From a virus, in the IMG/VR virus record IMGVR_UViG_3300045988_174170: DNA of 64,000 bases. One strand, given 5' to 3'. Shown here in pieces: positions 46,289 to 54,745 of this stretch; within the stretch, counting starts at the first letter, position 1; every line of letters starts with the position of its first letter. The notes below the pieces were generated by a model, which saw nothing but the letters and a program-made list of their open reading frames with translations, did not search any database and was not told the origin of the DNA. Made by a program: the position numbers and the translations under genes.

Positions 46289-47341
46289 ATGCTGAAAAAG
46301 ACCCTAGAATCACTCAAGGATAAGCTTAATCATAAGGAAGCATACAGTGCCGATAGTGACCGTAAGTATGAAATCCTGCATGGTGACTATAAAGATATTG
46401 GTACGACCCGCTACTATCGCATTAAGGCACTACGTCATATTGACCGTCCCCTTAATCTACCCTCTGTGGAAGCGGGCGACCTGGGTGGGTACGTATCCCG
46501 TGAAGATTGTCTAAGTCATGAGGGGACATGCTGGGTTGGTGACATGGCGCTAGTGTCCGGTGAAGTGTCAGGTGACGCGCAGGTTAGTGGTCAAGCAACC
46601 GTGCAGTTCCCCGCAGTGGTTACTGGGCTATCCTATGTATCGGACTATGCGCGTGTACTGCATGGCGCATTTGTGGAAGATTCAAAGATTATTAACACTG
46701 CAACCGTGACCGGCAATGCAACCTACATAACTAACTCCATGATAGCTAAACTGAGGGGCGACGTACCCGAAAATGAGTCACCAATTCGGGAAACAATCAT
46801 AAAGCGTTCTGTCATTATGGATAACGCCCATGTAGCCAATGGTGTACGCATTGAAGATAGTACCGTTAGCGGCTCTGTGTATCTTGCAGGCAATATCTCT
46901 GTGAAAGACCGTTCCATGATTCATGGCGCAATCGCACTAGTAGCAGAATCAGACCCACTTAGTATTGAGAATGTCATACTGGAAGAACCAGTGAACAGCA
47001 ACGGCTCACCCAACGCATTTACGACCGGTTACAGGGATAAGGGGTGGAAGATTACCCCCGATAGCTGTGACATTACCGAACTATCGCACAAGTCACAAGG
47101 TGCCTCAGATGACCTTCAGAAACATATAAGGGACAGTGAAAAGCACCATAGTAACCTTGCGTGGGTAAATCCCGGACAGGGCAAGTTCACTAGGCATTGG
47201 CGTAAATCGTATTATCTCAGGGCTACCCGCTGGAGTACACGAAATCCCAATGATGAGCTACTGGAATACGCGGCAACCAATAGGGTTCTAGGCGTTTACT
47301 ACAGGAAGCCCCTAGAAGACGTTGAAGAATTTGAAGATTAG
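46289..47341 (+). CDS. hypothetical protein with C-terminal beta-helix-like repeats
   Basis: 350 aa. Repetitive V/I-x-G-x-x motifs (VSGEVSGDAQVSGQATV ...), similar in character to the C-terminus of 59154. Confidence 0.6.
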   Translation: MLKKTLESLKDKLNHKEAYSADSDRKYEILHGDYKDIGTTRYYRIKALRHIDRPLNLPSVEAGDLGGYVSREDCLSHEGTCWVGDMALVSGEVSGDAQVSGQATVQFPAVVTGLSYVSDYARVLHGAFVEDSKIINTATVTGNATYITNSMIAKLRGDVPENESPIRETIIKRSVIMDNAHVANGVRIEDSTVSGSVYLAGNISVKDRSMIHGAIALVAESDPLSIENVILEEPVNSNGSPNAFTTGYRDKGWKITPDSCDITELSHKSQGASDDLQKHIRDSEKHHSNLAWVNPGQGKFTRHWRKSYYLRATRWSTRNPNDELLEYAATNRVLGVYYRKPLEDVEEFED

Positions 47342-47433
47342 CACTTAGTGCATTGAACATTAGACCCCCTAAAGGACAAACTTTAGGGGGTCTAATGTTT
47401 TGGGGCATATTGTATAAATCACAGTATTTCGGG

Positions 47434-47462
47434 TTGCGCTACGCATTAGAGTGTGTCATAAT
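47434..47462 (+). promoter_or_regulatory. cassette promoter C18 (upstream palindrome degenerate)
   Basis: TTGCGC, 17-nt spacer, TGtCATAAT. Confidence 0.5.
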
Positions 47463-47531
47463 GGAAGTATATTAAGTAAGCGGGGAACCACCCCGGTACC
47501 CACCCACTGCCCACTGAAAGGAATAGATACC

Positions 47532-47900
47532 ATGTCCTGGGACTTCATGAACGAAGAGTTTAGCCGTGAGCGCCATGTCTTCATCCCCAATACCTACACC
47601 GTCGAGGATATTTTCGCACATATTGAGCGCACCATGAAGAGCGGAAACGTTCAAGAGTACGCCCGAGAGTACACCAACGGGTGGATTGGTGAGCCTATGG
47701 GTAACCAGATTGGTATTATCCACCTTGAGTTTGGCGACAATGAACAGGAGATTGAAGTATACATCTACGAGGATAAGGACTCTAAGAACCGCCTCGCAGT
47801 AGACGGTGATGCCATTCATGAAGATTACCTTGAATGGTCAGATGCAAGCTTCGATACCTTTGAGTCGGTAGTTAATTGCCTCAAGGAACTAGAACGTTAG
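47532..47900 (+). CDS. hypothetical protein, tandem paralog family D
   Basis: Track 47451. M28 follows GAAAGG. About 50% identical by eye to the next gene. Confidence 0.7.
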   Translation: MSWDFMNEEFSRERHVFIPNTYTVEDIFAHIERTMKSGNVQEYAREYTNGWIGEPMGNQIGIIHLEFGDNEQEIEVYIYEDKDSKNRLAVDGDAIHEDYLEWSDASFDTFESVVNCLKELER

Positions 47901-47939
47901 TCACCACCAATAGACCCACTACCGTAAAGGAATGACACC

Positions 47940-48260
47940 ATGACCGAGTTCTTTAGCCGCGAACGACACATCTACCTCCCCGGCACCTACACCGTTGAAG
48001 ATATTTTCAACCACATCGAAGCTAACGAAGACACCCTAGAATACACATCCTGCAACCTTGGTGAACCCGCCGGTGAACAGATTGGAATTATCCACTTTGT
48101 ATTTGGTGACAATGAACAGGACATTGAGGTGTGCATCTATGAATCCAATCACCTCGTAGTAGACGGTGAAACCTTCGGTGAAGACTACACGGATTGGTCG
48201 CCTGCAAGTATCCGTGCCTTTGAGTCGGTAGTAAATTGTCTCTATGAACTTCAGGGCTAA
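47940..48260 (+). CDS. hypothetical protein, tandem paralog family D
   Basis: 106 aa (FSRERH...TYTVEDIF.HIE...GEP.G.QIGIIH..FGDNEQ.IEV.IYE). Confidence 0.7.
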   Translation: MTEFFSRERHIYLPGTYTVEDIFNHIEANEDTLEYTSCNLGEPAGEQIGIIHFVFGDNEQDIEVCIYESNHLVVDGETFGEDYTDWSPASIRAFESVVNCLYELQG

Positions 48261-48295
48261 ACAGTACCAATAGACCTGCTAGGAAAGGAAAGCTA

Positions 48296-48769
48296 ATGAG
48301 TGACGACGAAGAAACCATTGGTGGCATCATTGCTAAGGCGGTAACCGCAATGGTTGTAGGGCTAGGTGTATTCGGCATTATCAGTGCCAACGAAAAGCCT
48401 AATACATGTGTCAGGAACGAAACCAGCCAGGAAGTTCGGGTAGAAATCCGAAACTACAGCCCCGGATACTACGAAAGCGTCCACGAAATGCGCCCGTGCC
48501 TGAACGCTGACGGGTCTATGGGCTCATGCCCCTACGACGGCTCAGAATGGCACAGTGGTAGCTACCAGTGGCGATACGCTGACAAGTACACAGACCCCGA
48601 GGAAGGTTGGACTAACTGGAGTGGTGACCCTGAAAAGTCCAGCACCGGTTACTCTTACTACCTCCACCAAGAAAGCGACACCGCAGTCTGTGATGGACGT
48701 GAACGATTCAAAGACAAGGACGGGCAGGTTATCAAGCATAACGTAAGCGACACGTTCTATATGGCATAA
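48296..48769 (+). CDS. membrane-anchored protein, paralog family F
   Basis: 157 aa with an N-terminal TM. Conserved 'YQWRY ... VCDGRERFKDKDGQVIKHN'. Confidence 0.7.
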   Translation: MSDDEETIGGIIAKAVTAMVVGLGVFGIISANEKPNTCVRNETSQEVRVEIRNYSPGYYESVHEMRPCLNADGSMGSCPYDGSEWHSGSYQWRYADKYTDPEEGWTNWSGDPEKSSTGYSYYLHQESDTAVCDGRERFKDKDGQVIKHNVSDTFYMA

Positions 48770-48893
48770 CCCACCCCCGCAGGCGTGCCCCTAGAGCTAA
48801 CCAGAAAAGCACTAGGGGTACGCCACCAACACCCCAGGGGTGCCGCCACAGAACAACCCCCTACCCCCCTCTAAGAGTAAAGGAACCTAAACC

Positions 48894-49322
48894 ATGAGCA
48901 CACCCCTCATCCCCATCACGAAGGTGCGGTTAGCTACAAAGTCGAACAATGTACTCAAGGCACACCTGAGCAACAATATTATCCGTAAGAACGGCGAAGA
49001 ATACTGCACAATCAAGGACACCCTACGTGGCATTGCCGCAATCGGTGAAGAACACGCCTATGTCGATTACTGGAACGAAAAAACGGCACCCACATTTAGG
49101 ACAGCCGGATTTGGTCTAGTAAACACCAAGTCAAAGACCGTGCCACTCATCATTGCTAGACGCAAGGCACTAAACGCACCCCTAGAAGCATTGAAAGAAC
49201 CCAGCCTCCTGGTAGGTCGTAAGTTCCCCAGTAAAGACGGTTCCTACTACAGTAGGATTACCAGCGCACACATGACAGATAAAGGCAACCTATATGTTGC
49301 CTACGGTCTAGTCCTTCGATAG
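48894..49322 (+). CDS. hypothetical protein, family E1 (first copy of duplicated block)
   Basis: 142 aa, paralog of 50119..50559 (IPI.KV.L..KSN..L......I..). Confidence 0.7.
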   Translation: MSTPLIPITKVRLATKSNNVLKAHLSNNIIRKNGEEYCTIKDTLRGIAAIGEEHAYVDYWNEKTAPTFRTAGFGLVNTKSKTVPLIIARRKALNAPLEALKEPSLLVGRKFPSKDGSYYSRITSAHMTDKGNLYVAYGLVLR

Positions 49323-49339
49323 AGCAGGAAACAAGTACA

Positions 49340-49714
49340 ATGAACACGATACCCCTCGACGCTTTCAGCTTCACCTCACGTGAAGTAAAGGAACTACTGC
49401 AAGTAGCATACAAACCCGTCAATGGCGGATACACCCTGAAAGACATCCTAGCCGCCATAGAAAAGCTAGAGGCTGGTTATGCCAGCACAGATAGCCACAC
49501 CTTCACAGAGGCACTATTCGGTAAGGTTAGCCGTGGAAAGGTTGCCCTCACAGACGACGCAAACCTACTAGGCACCTTTGACGCAAGCGTCATGCTCAAC
49601 CCTGGTAAGCTGGTAGGTGAAAAGGTGACACTAGGAAACAGTATCAAGGGGCGTATCGAGAATTTCCGAATCACCCAATACGGCGGACTACTCCTAGCTA
49701 TCCACGAAGAATAA
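49340..49714 (+). CDS. hypothetical protein, family E2
   Basis: 124 aa, paralog of 50584..50976 (YTL.DIL...E.L). Confidence 0.7.
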   Translation: MNTIPLDAFSFTSREVKELLQVAYKPVNGGYTLKDILAAIEKLEAGYASTDSHTFTEALFGKVSRGKVALTDDANLLGTFDASVMLNPGKLVGEKVTLGNSIKGRIENFRITQYGGLLLAIHEE

Positions 49715-49744
49715 AAACCACCCCTAACGAAAGACTAATTACTC

Positions 49745-50089
49745 ATGGCATTTTTTGGACTCGAAGCAATTACTAAGATTATCGACAGCATCAAGAATAG
49801 TATTCCCTCCTGGGTTAGTTCCCTTGGAAACAAGGACGAAAAGCCTACCACTGATTCTGAGGAACACGACGATAAATCGTGGGGTAGTGAACCGCATTAC
49901 GGTTATCACGATGATGATTACGATGATGACTACGAGGACTATAACCCCGACGGGGAATATTATCACGAAGAATACGACGCTGATGACGGTTCCTATAGTG
50001 TGACTGAAATTGGGCGGCGCGGCGCTTACGATGATGATGACAACTTTAGTTTCGTCATGTTCTCGGAATATGACGACGACGATTATTAG
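49745..50089 (+). CDS. highly acidic Asp/Tyr-rich protein
   Basis: 114 aa with DDDYDDDYEDY and DDDDNFSFVMFSEYDDDDY. GAAAGA RBS. Confidence 0.5.
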   Translation: MAFFGLEAITKIIDSIKNSIPSWVSSLGNKDEKPTTDSEEHDDKSWGSEPHYGYHDDDYDDDYEDYNPDGEYYHEEYDADDGSYSVTEIGRRGAYDDDDNFSFVMFSEYDDDDY

Positions 50090-50118
50090 ACCAAGGAAAA
50101 AGTAAGGAAATAGAAGCC

Positions 50119-50559
50119 GTGATTTCGGGAATCCCTATCCCTGTCAAGAAGGTAAAACTTGACAGTAAGAGCAACCGTGAGCTAAGGGGTTGCATTGGTG
50201 AAGATATTATCTATCATAATAACCAACCGTTCGCCACGCCGCGTAATATCATGAAGGGGCTCGCCCTGCTGGAAGAATCAAGCGCCTATTATTATCGTGG
50301 GGAATTTATCTTCGCCACCGCCGATATTTTTGTTCACGTAGGATTCGGCGCAGTAGACCCCATTAAGAAGACCGCCCCGGTCTTCATGCTTGGCGAAAAG
50401 ATTCTTGATGTCCCGCTGGAAGTCGTAAAGAATCCTGATAAACTAGCGTGTCAGCGGTTTAATTGGGGCGAGCCATGTAATCCAACTTTCAGGGTTTCAG
50501 ACGTTTACGTGTCGGATACTGGAAGCGTTTATGTTGCATACGATGCTAGTGGTTTCTAA
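50119..50559 (+). CDS. hypothetical protein, family E1 (second copy; GTG start)
   Basis: 146 aa, AAGGAAA RBS. Confidence 0.65.
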   Translation: MISGIPIPVKKVKLDSKSNRELRGCIGEDIIYHNNQPFATPRNIMKGLALLEESSAYYYRGEFIFATADIFVHVGFGAVDPIKKTAPVFMLGEKILDVPLEVVKNPDKLACQRFNWGEPCNPTFRVSDVYVSDTGSVYVAYDASGF

Positions 50560-50583
50560 AGCTAAAAGATAGGAAGATAAATC

Positions 50584-50976
50584 ATGGTGTATTTGGCATG
50601 GCGTGGAATTTCAGTAAGTAAGATTCAGGATAAGGAAGTCGCACGGGTACTTGTGGCAACATGTAAGCCCGTCGCTGAAGATAGGTACACCCTAGAGGAT
50701 ATTCTAGAAGTTCTTGAAAATATGGATAAAAAGAATCTTCAGACGTGGGCTGGGTATATGTTTAGCCGAGTACAGTTCGGGTCACCTGTTGATGGTCGAG
50801 TGTTCTTGTACCGCGACGCTTCGCTTATCGGGTCGATTAACGAACGGGGAATGATGAATCAGCGGAACCTCGTTGATGAGATTATTACTAGCAAGAACGG
50901 GGAGCGTGTAGGACAGATTGCGGCTGTTCGTGTAACCCGGCTAGGTGATGTATTCCTAGCTATTAAATATGACTAA
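50584..50976 (+). CDS. hypothetical protein, family E2 (second copy)
   Basis: 130 aa, GGAAGA RBS. Confidence 0.65.
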   Translation: MVYLAWRGISVSKIQDKEVARVLVATCKPVAEDRYTLEDILEVLENMDKKNLQTWAGYMFSRVQFGSPVDGRVFLYRDASLIGSINERGMMNQRNLVDEIITSKNGERVGQIAAVRVTRLGDVFLAIKYD

Positions 50977-51026
50977 CTAGAGTACACGCCTATATCTACC
51001 CCCTATAGGCAGTACTATAACCCCTA

Positions 51027-51081
51027 TGTGAGCTATTTCGCACTATTTTAGCTTGCATAGGGGTTGTTGGTGTGCCATAAT
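51027..51081 (+). promoter_or_regulatory. cassette promoter C19
   Basis: TGTGAgctattTCgCA, TTGCAT, TGcCATAAT. Confidence 0.6.
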
Positions 51082-51159
51082 GATTACACAAGCAAAGGGG
51101 GTATCTCACTAAGGGGTGCCACCTACACACCTTACCCACTTACTTGAAAGGCTGTAACC

Positions 51160-51525
51160 ATGTACCAAACTAATGAATTTGACACATACATCACCGTTCC
51201 CGAGTCTCTTACCCTTCAGGAAGTAAAGGACTTCCTTGCCGCGAATAGGGAGAAGCTTAATATTTCCCCCGCAAACGGTAAGTACAACATTGATAGTGGC
51301 TTGTGCATGTACACGTCCGGCAACGGGTCTATCGACGTTCACCGACTCAAGGGTGAACAGGGGCTTAATATTAGGTTCCATGACCGCTACTCATGGGGCG
51401 GCAAGGTACTCGAAATTGCAAGTTTGGCAATGATTGATGAAGAGTACAACGAGTACTACATTCCCTGTGAAGACTTTAGCGACCTAACCGACGCTCTTCT
51501 CGAAAAGTTTGAGATTACCCCCTAA
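51160..51525 (+). CDS. hypothetical protein
   Basis: 121 aa, cassette leader. Confidence 0.7.
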   Translation: MYQTNEFDTYITVPESLTLQEVKDFLAANREKLNISPANGKYNIDSGLCMYTSGNGSIDVHRLKGEQGLNIRFHDRYSWGGKVLEIASLAMIDEEYNEYYIPCEDFSDLTDALLEKFEITP

Positions 51526-51608
51526 CCCCTTCAACCCCCCTTGCCCCCTGAAGTTGATGAGAAGCTACAGGGGGTAAGGGCACCCAAGCCATAACACCCT
51601 AAACCTTA

Positions 51609-51663
51609 TGTGAGCTATTTCACCTGATTTTAACTTGCGTGGGGGTTAGAGGTGTGCCATAAT
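51609..51663 (+). promoter_or_regulatory. cassette promoter C20
   Basis: TGTGAgctattTCACc, TTGCGT, TGcCATAAT. Confidence 0.6.
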
Positions 51664-51745
51664 AGAAATGTAGCAAAGGGAAAGCCCCTAGCAATGAGTT
51701 CACCATCTAACCTTTGTCGCAAAGACCGAAAGGACAAGCCCACCA

Positions 51746-52087
51746 ATGAGTAACGCTGTTTACAATCTACTGTACGCCCGCCTGCACACCCGCAAGTACA
51801 CTACCGGTAAGATGTCCCCCGAAACTCGCACCAATAGGGACGTTCATAACGCCTCTCTGGAAACCAAATATGAGATGACCACTACTATGAGTATGGTCAA
51901 TCCCGAAACTCAGGAATTGCGTAATGTGACCGTTCCGCGTAGTAAGGTGACCATTATTGGTGACCAGCCTGCGGGCACCCTGCCTTACGTCATTATTGAT
52001 GAACGTGACCGCTACTACGTGCATATTGACTCTACCTTCACCTACGATACCCGCATTGACTTTATCACCCCGGAACTGAACTTCTAA
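51746..52087 (+). CDS. hypothetical protein
   Basis: 113 aa, GAAAGGACAAG RBS. Confidence 0.65.
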   Translation: MSNAVYNLLYARLHTRKYTTGKMSPETRTNRDVHNASLETKYEMTTTMSMVNPETQELRNVTVPRSKVTIIGDQPAGTLPYVIIDERDRYYVHIDSTFTYDTRIDFITPELNF

Positions 52088-52163
52088 TCCGTACCCCCCC
52101 TTTACCCCCGCCCCCAAATGAGGTGGGCGGGGGTTGCCGCCCATCAACTGAAAGGAATCACCC

Positions 52164-52577
52164 ATGACTGAACTGCCCCCGATTGAAAAGCGTGCTATCG
52201 AACCTATCACCTTCTCGCTCAGCTTTAAGCACGTCAATAACATTCCCGTTGAAGAACTTGCAGAGCGCGCAATGGGCAAGGATGTGATTTACATTGATGC
52301 CGTGACCGAAGATAACGAAGACGATGGTCTTCCTATGGTGGACTTCTGCGACGAAGACGGCTACCCCGTAGGTGTTATCGACCCTGAAGACCCACTAGAG
52401 CTCACCCAGGACGTTACCGCCTACATTGAAAGTGTCGATACTCGACAGCTGGACGGTCACGAAGCACTCAAGGAAGGCGAATACCTCGGTACCGACCTCA
52501 GCTTCACTGTAGAAGAAGACGGCTGGGTATCAGTAACTATCAACTCTGTTATTGACCGCAACATTCTTCGATTCTAA
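52164..52577 (+). CDS. hypothetical acidic protein
   Basis: 137 aa, GAAAGGAA RBS. Confidence 0.65.
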   Translation: MTELPPIEKRAIEPITFSLSFKHVNNIPVEELAERAMGKDVIYIDAVTEDNEDDGLPMVDFCDEDGYPVGVIDPEDPLELTQDVTAYIESVDTRQLDGHEALKEGEYLGTDLSFTVEEDGWVSVTINSVIDRNILRF

Positions 52578-52686
52578 AGCGCACCTACCTAACTCCTAAC
52601 CCCCGTATCTATATGGTTGGGGGTTAGGCAGAACGTGGTACCCCACCCTAACCGTCATGACTAACACCCCATAGAAAGGCTCTAAC

Positions 52687-53484
52687 ATGGAACGAGAAGA
52701 CGCTCTAGAGCGCTACGTAAACGCCCTCGTAAGCTACCACCACGACCGGGATACCGGTGCCCGCTGGTACAACGTACTAGGTGCAACCCTGCATATTGAC
52801 CGCAACAACGGCGGATACTATGTCCCCAATGAGGATATTATCGGCTGGGAGGGAGCCGAATACCATATCGACGGGTACACACACGGCGACTACACGTTCG
52901 TAACCAACACCTACTACAAGGTGGAAAACAACCCCCTCAACGCTAAGCTACACGTGCTCGCATACTACGCCCTAGCACACAAGCACAACAAGTACGGCAA
53001 CCCGCACAACATCCCAGACTTTGTACGCACCAGCTTCTTCATTGAACCCGTACATGACTACGCATACTCTGAACTAGCCCACTACGAACATAAGGGGCAG
53101 GGTGTAGCTGAAGCTGTAGCGAACATCAACATCAACACCCTAATCATTTATATTAAAAAGGCGCTCGCTAACTGTGAGCTAGAACATGGTGAGGGCGAGT
53201 TCATTATCGAAGATGATGAGCTGGAAAAGCTGTACAAGCTCACCAACCCGCCCGTAGAAAACGTGCCGCCCGTAACCCAGCAGGAATGGCTCACCGGCGA
53301 CGAGTTGAAGGAACGCTACAACGAAATCAAGGAAGCTACTAGCCACCTTGCAGGACTTCTCGAAACCCTGCCCACCTACGCAACCCTAGACGTACTAACC
53401 TGGGTAGACTGGCAAGAATCCCACACCGTACTAGACATCATCAAGAACGTCATCGGTACCGAAATCGACAGTAAGATGAAGTAG
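52687..53484 (+). CDS. hypothetical protein
   Basis: 265 aa, GAAAGG RBS. Confidence 0.6.
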   Translation: MEREDALERYVNALVSYHHDRDTGARWYNVLGATLHIDRNNGGYYVPNEDIIGWEGAEYHIDGYTHGDYTFVTNTYYKVENNPLNAKLHVLAYYALAHKHNKYGNPHNIPDFVRTSFFIEPVHDYAYSELAHYEHKGQGVAEAVANININTLIIYIKKALANCELEHGEGEFIIEDDELEKLYKLTNPPVENVPPVTQQEWLTGDELKERYNEIKEATSHLAGLLETLPTYATLDVLTWVDWQESHTVLDIIKNVIGTEIDSKMK

Positions 53485-53521
53485 CACACCGTAACCATTA
53501 ACGGAAAGGAAACCAGCCATT

Positions 53522-54091
53522 ATGGAAACCACGGAAACCAACAAGTACCCCCGCCTCAGTGAAGACAATTTCGACTCCGGCGAGTTCTACCAGTTCCTCA
53601 AGAACGCCCTCATCGGTCGCCGCATCATGAAGCTCACCTCTACCTACATTGAGCTTGATAACGGATACACTGTCAAGATTCGCCCTAACTGGGGTTGCGA
53701 CTGTGGCAATGGTAGCGCCGTCATTGAATCAGATTATGTCGGTGAACCCCTAGATGCCGCCGTTATGAATGTTGATTATGAGGAAATCAAAGAGTACGAC
53801 GACCGCTATCACGAAGGCTTCAACATCTTCATCTACATGAAGAACAAGGTCATCAACATTGAAGGCACCGACGCATATGAAGACGGAAACTACTACGGCT
53901 CCGGTTTCTGGGTAAGCGCAGAAATGCCAGTAGACCACGAACGTGAAGTGGAGGAATCTAAGCGCCGCGAGGAAGAAGCCGCTAGGAAGCGTAAGCGGGC
54001 TGGCGGCGCAATGGGGTACATGGCAACCCGCCCCATTATCCGCCCTAAGAAGAAGGTAAAGCCGGGGAATAACCTGAAGTGGAAAATCTAA
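53522..54091 (+). CDS. hypothetical protein with basic C-terminal tail
   Basis: 189 aa. The C-terminus (EEAARKRKRAGG...RPKKKVKPGNNLKWKI) is lysine/arginine rich. Confidence 0.6.
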   Translation: METTETNKYPRLSEDNFDSGEFYQFLKNALIGRRIMKLTSTYIELDNGYTVKIRPNWGCDCGNGSAVIESDYVGEPLDAAVMNVDYEEIKEYDDRYHEGFNIFIYMKNKVINIEGTDAYEDGNYYGSGFWVSAEMPVDHEREVEESKRREEEAARKRKRAGGAMGYMATRPIIRPKKKVKPGNNLKWKI

Positions 54092-54525
54092 TCAGACGAG
54101 CTAAGCAGTTCCTTCTAGCTTTCGGGTTCATCGCCGGTCTAGTCGGTATCGTTGCCGGGGTGAACTATATTACCCCTAAGACGTGCCGGGTCAATGAGCA
54201 TAATGACGATACCCCTATTCAGGTGCAGAACTATGTAGAAGAGTTTAACGGCGAAACGTTACAGCACACGTTCTGCACCGAAGACGGTGCTTATAAGCCG
54301 TGCATGAAGATGATGCCTACCCACCGCGCCGAAAGCTTTGAGTGGCGATACGAGGGAACCTGGAATTGGGTTAAGCATGAAGGTAAGCCCACGGGTAAGA
54401 ACAACAGTCACCCTTACCACAGGTTCACTCACTATGACCAGCAGGTATGTGATAGCCGCGAACAGCACGCAGGAGTGAACGGTAAAATCACCAAGCATGT
54501 TGTAGAAGAATACTTCTTCATCTAA
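54079..54525 (+). CDS. membrane-anchored protein, paralog family F (GTG start overlapping upstream gene by 13 nt)
   Basis: 148 aa with an N-terminal TM. Conserved 'FEWRYEGTWNW ... HPYHRFTHYDQQVCDSREQHAGVNGKITKH'. Terminator 54547..54596. Confidence 0.6.
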   Translation: MENLIRRAKQFLLAFGFIAGLVGIVAGVNYITPKTCRVNEHNDDTPIQVQNYVEEFNGETLQHTFCTEDGAYKPCMKMMPTHRAESFEWRYEGTWNWVKHEGKPTGKNNSHPYHRFTHYDQQVCDSREQHAGVNGKITKHVVEEYFFI

Positions 54526-54546
54526 CTACACGATATGTGCCCACAT

Positions 54547-54596
54547 AAGGGGCACCTACTCGCTAACAGTAGCAGGTAGGTGCCCCTTCTTTTTGC
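54547..54596 (+). terminator. rho-independent terminator
   Basis: AAGGGGCACCTACT ... AGCAGGTAGGTGCCCCTT followed by CTTTTTG. Confidence 0.6.
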
Positions 54597-54745
54597 TATC
54601 GGGTCATTAACCACGCCCGCTAAGTTGATAAACTTACAGCTTCACGTGTACACTAAGAAACATCAAAGGTTCACAGGGCACTATGAACACGCCCCTAAAG
54701 GTTCACGACACGAACCCGTAGGGGGTAGTAGACTGTGAATCTGCA

